Below, in pieces: positions 62,366 to 64,000 of a stretch of 64,000 bases of DNA; the first letter of the stretch is position 1; each line of letters opens with the position of its first letter. The notes beneath the pieces were generated by a model. It did not search any database and was not told the origin of the DNA. It saw nothing but the letters and a program-made list of their open reading frames with translations. Both the position numbers and the translations under genes were made by a program. Origin of the DNA: Takakia lepidozioides. Its lineage: Eukaryota; Plantae; Bryophyta. The DNA is taken from positions 46,748,001 to 46,812,000 of the forward strand of contig CM060733.1 of assembly GCA_030704615.1 (NCBI GenBank). The letters are read 5' to 3'.

Positions 62366-63737
62366 CAGATGACGTTCCGCGTCCAATGGAACAGTAGCTC
62401 TACTCATACATAATTTTGGAAATGAGCTACTCTTTCAGAGTATAGATAGTCCATGCTCGCAGCTGTTTTCACGATGGGGGTCCTACGGAGCATAAGACTT
62501 AGTTGAAATTCAATTTAAATTGCTTCCAAGATGTTCAACTGTGCCAATGCCATTTCTCTTAAGTGTACCCATTTTTAGAGGTGTTTTCAATCGGCTCCCA
62601 ATATGCATAGACCATAAATTTGACCTTATGCAAAGATTTACGTCACTGAAGATGGGAGCACATATAAGCAGAGAACTTGTTGACCGTACGATGTAAGACT
62701 ATCTTCCTTACATGATGATACACACGTTAACAGCTTACCAGCAACTCACATGAGCATAGCTTCTATGCTCATGTCAATGACAGCGGCATTCGACAGCTTT
62801 GTCCAAATATACATTTCCTCTTTGGAGTTGCGTCCTTTAGGTCGGTGCCGATTATGCACTGTCTGACCATTGTTTTATACACATTCTCTATTTTTTTCAT
62901 CACAAATAACCTTACTGTGTAATAGAAGTCAATATGATCATCGATTTGTGAAGTATGAGGATGAATCGCCGAGTGGATACTGCAACTATAGAAGTCGTTG
63001 CCGACTACCTGGGCTTAGAGTCATAGTCGGTGATGACTATTAAGAAGGAGTCGTGACAGATGTTGGAATAATAGTCGGTGCCGACTATTAGGTTGGGGTT
63101 TGAGATATAGGTCAATTTGCGAGAATGTTTTTTTGGTTAAAATTGCAAACTCTGACACTTCGGGAACGGATTGCGAAGATACATACCCCGGAGAAGAGCT
63201 ACGTTCTAAGCCCCTATGTGGCGGTAGTAGCAAATGCTCGGGCATACGAGCCATGGATACGTGTGTCTCTCAAACGTAATAATGGCCACCGTAGAAAAGG
63301 GACTGTCTACAACGCGTTCGGGTCCAACCATATGTGGATGCTAAGGCGGAGGAGGGTTTAAGAAGCGAGGATCCAACCACTGAGGAAGAATCCTCTAATG
63401 AGAGTGGTGAGGAGGAGAGCACTGAGGATTGGACTCCCACCCGAGACAATCGTATTCACGAACCCCTGGGTACACCTATGTGGACAATTCTACCATGGTA
63501 TGAAATCATATAGCTATGGAATATGCCGATGAGGTCGGGCAACCGATGGAAGAGTACCTTTACTTATAAAGATGTTTGGAAATCAGTACTCTATGAGGAC
63601 ATTCGCATACTCGGCATGACCCTAGAACTATTGAGCCTTCCACATGGTCGCCTTTAACGATTCTTCTACATTTCTTTAAATTCTTTTGGAAAACATGACC
63701 ATGTCCTATAAGTGTACTTGTTCCGCTTACGAGCATA

Positions 63738-64000
63738 TCACATCTTCAAAATGACATTTGGTACAATTCCAGCCCTGACGATGTTGCCATGGACCTCCAG
63801 AGCTGCCAGGGTTGTGTTCATAATGACATTTGGTACAATTCCAGCTTTGATGATGTCACCATGCACCTCTTTGCCCTTTTCCAGGGCTGCCAGGCTTGCA
63901 CAAGCATTGCAAGTGCACACAAACGTGATGTGGTCGGGCTTCCAAAGCCTCCATCCCGCGCCCCTGCTGTGCATTCCCTGCAAGCAGCGCATTCCACGAC
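63738..64000 (-). pseudogene. Fourth PLS PPR fragment cluster (runs off the window)
   Basis: HITFVCTCNACASLAALEKGKEVHGDIIKAGIVPNVI. Confidence 0.9.

Noticed and set aside
62400-62800. Possible Ulp1-like protease remnant (RENSCEHG, minus strand)
   Set aside because: One weak motif with stops; insufficient

Overview
Eukaryotic nuclear DNA from a land plant. The very homogeneous PLS-class PPR motifs, a Tcn1-like chromodomain, a half-tRNA-primed Copia and a CR-type REase-kinase suggest a seedless plant (inference). Only two genes look intact: PSB27 (24698-25324, -) and an F-box/kelch-like gene (36706-38346, +). The left 40 kb holds four full or partial copies of a ~6-7 kb F-box unit. Two of these form a large inverted repeat, and the three copies with coding sequence carry an antisense fragment of the gene downstream. 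The same region has a Copia with a nested chromovirus Gypsy (TSD GATGG) that has been broken and partly inverted, a Tourist-type MITE and satellites. The right 24 kb has a frameshifted coiled-coil/REase/kinase gene and several clusters of PPR fragments. The best candidate for a novel system: a 6.1-kb non-autonomous CACTA element (49975-56053, matching TIRs, AAA TSD, inserted in an intron) and related copies. They carry shuffled pieces of a gene in which OSB-type 'PDF' ssDNA-binding motifs (P-S-Q-W-W-D/N-N-R-G-K-K|I-H-P-R-G/R-P-D-F...L-W...P-A-W) run in frame into a PLS PPR array. All copies in this window are fragmentary. Coordinates were read by eye and may be off by a few bases.
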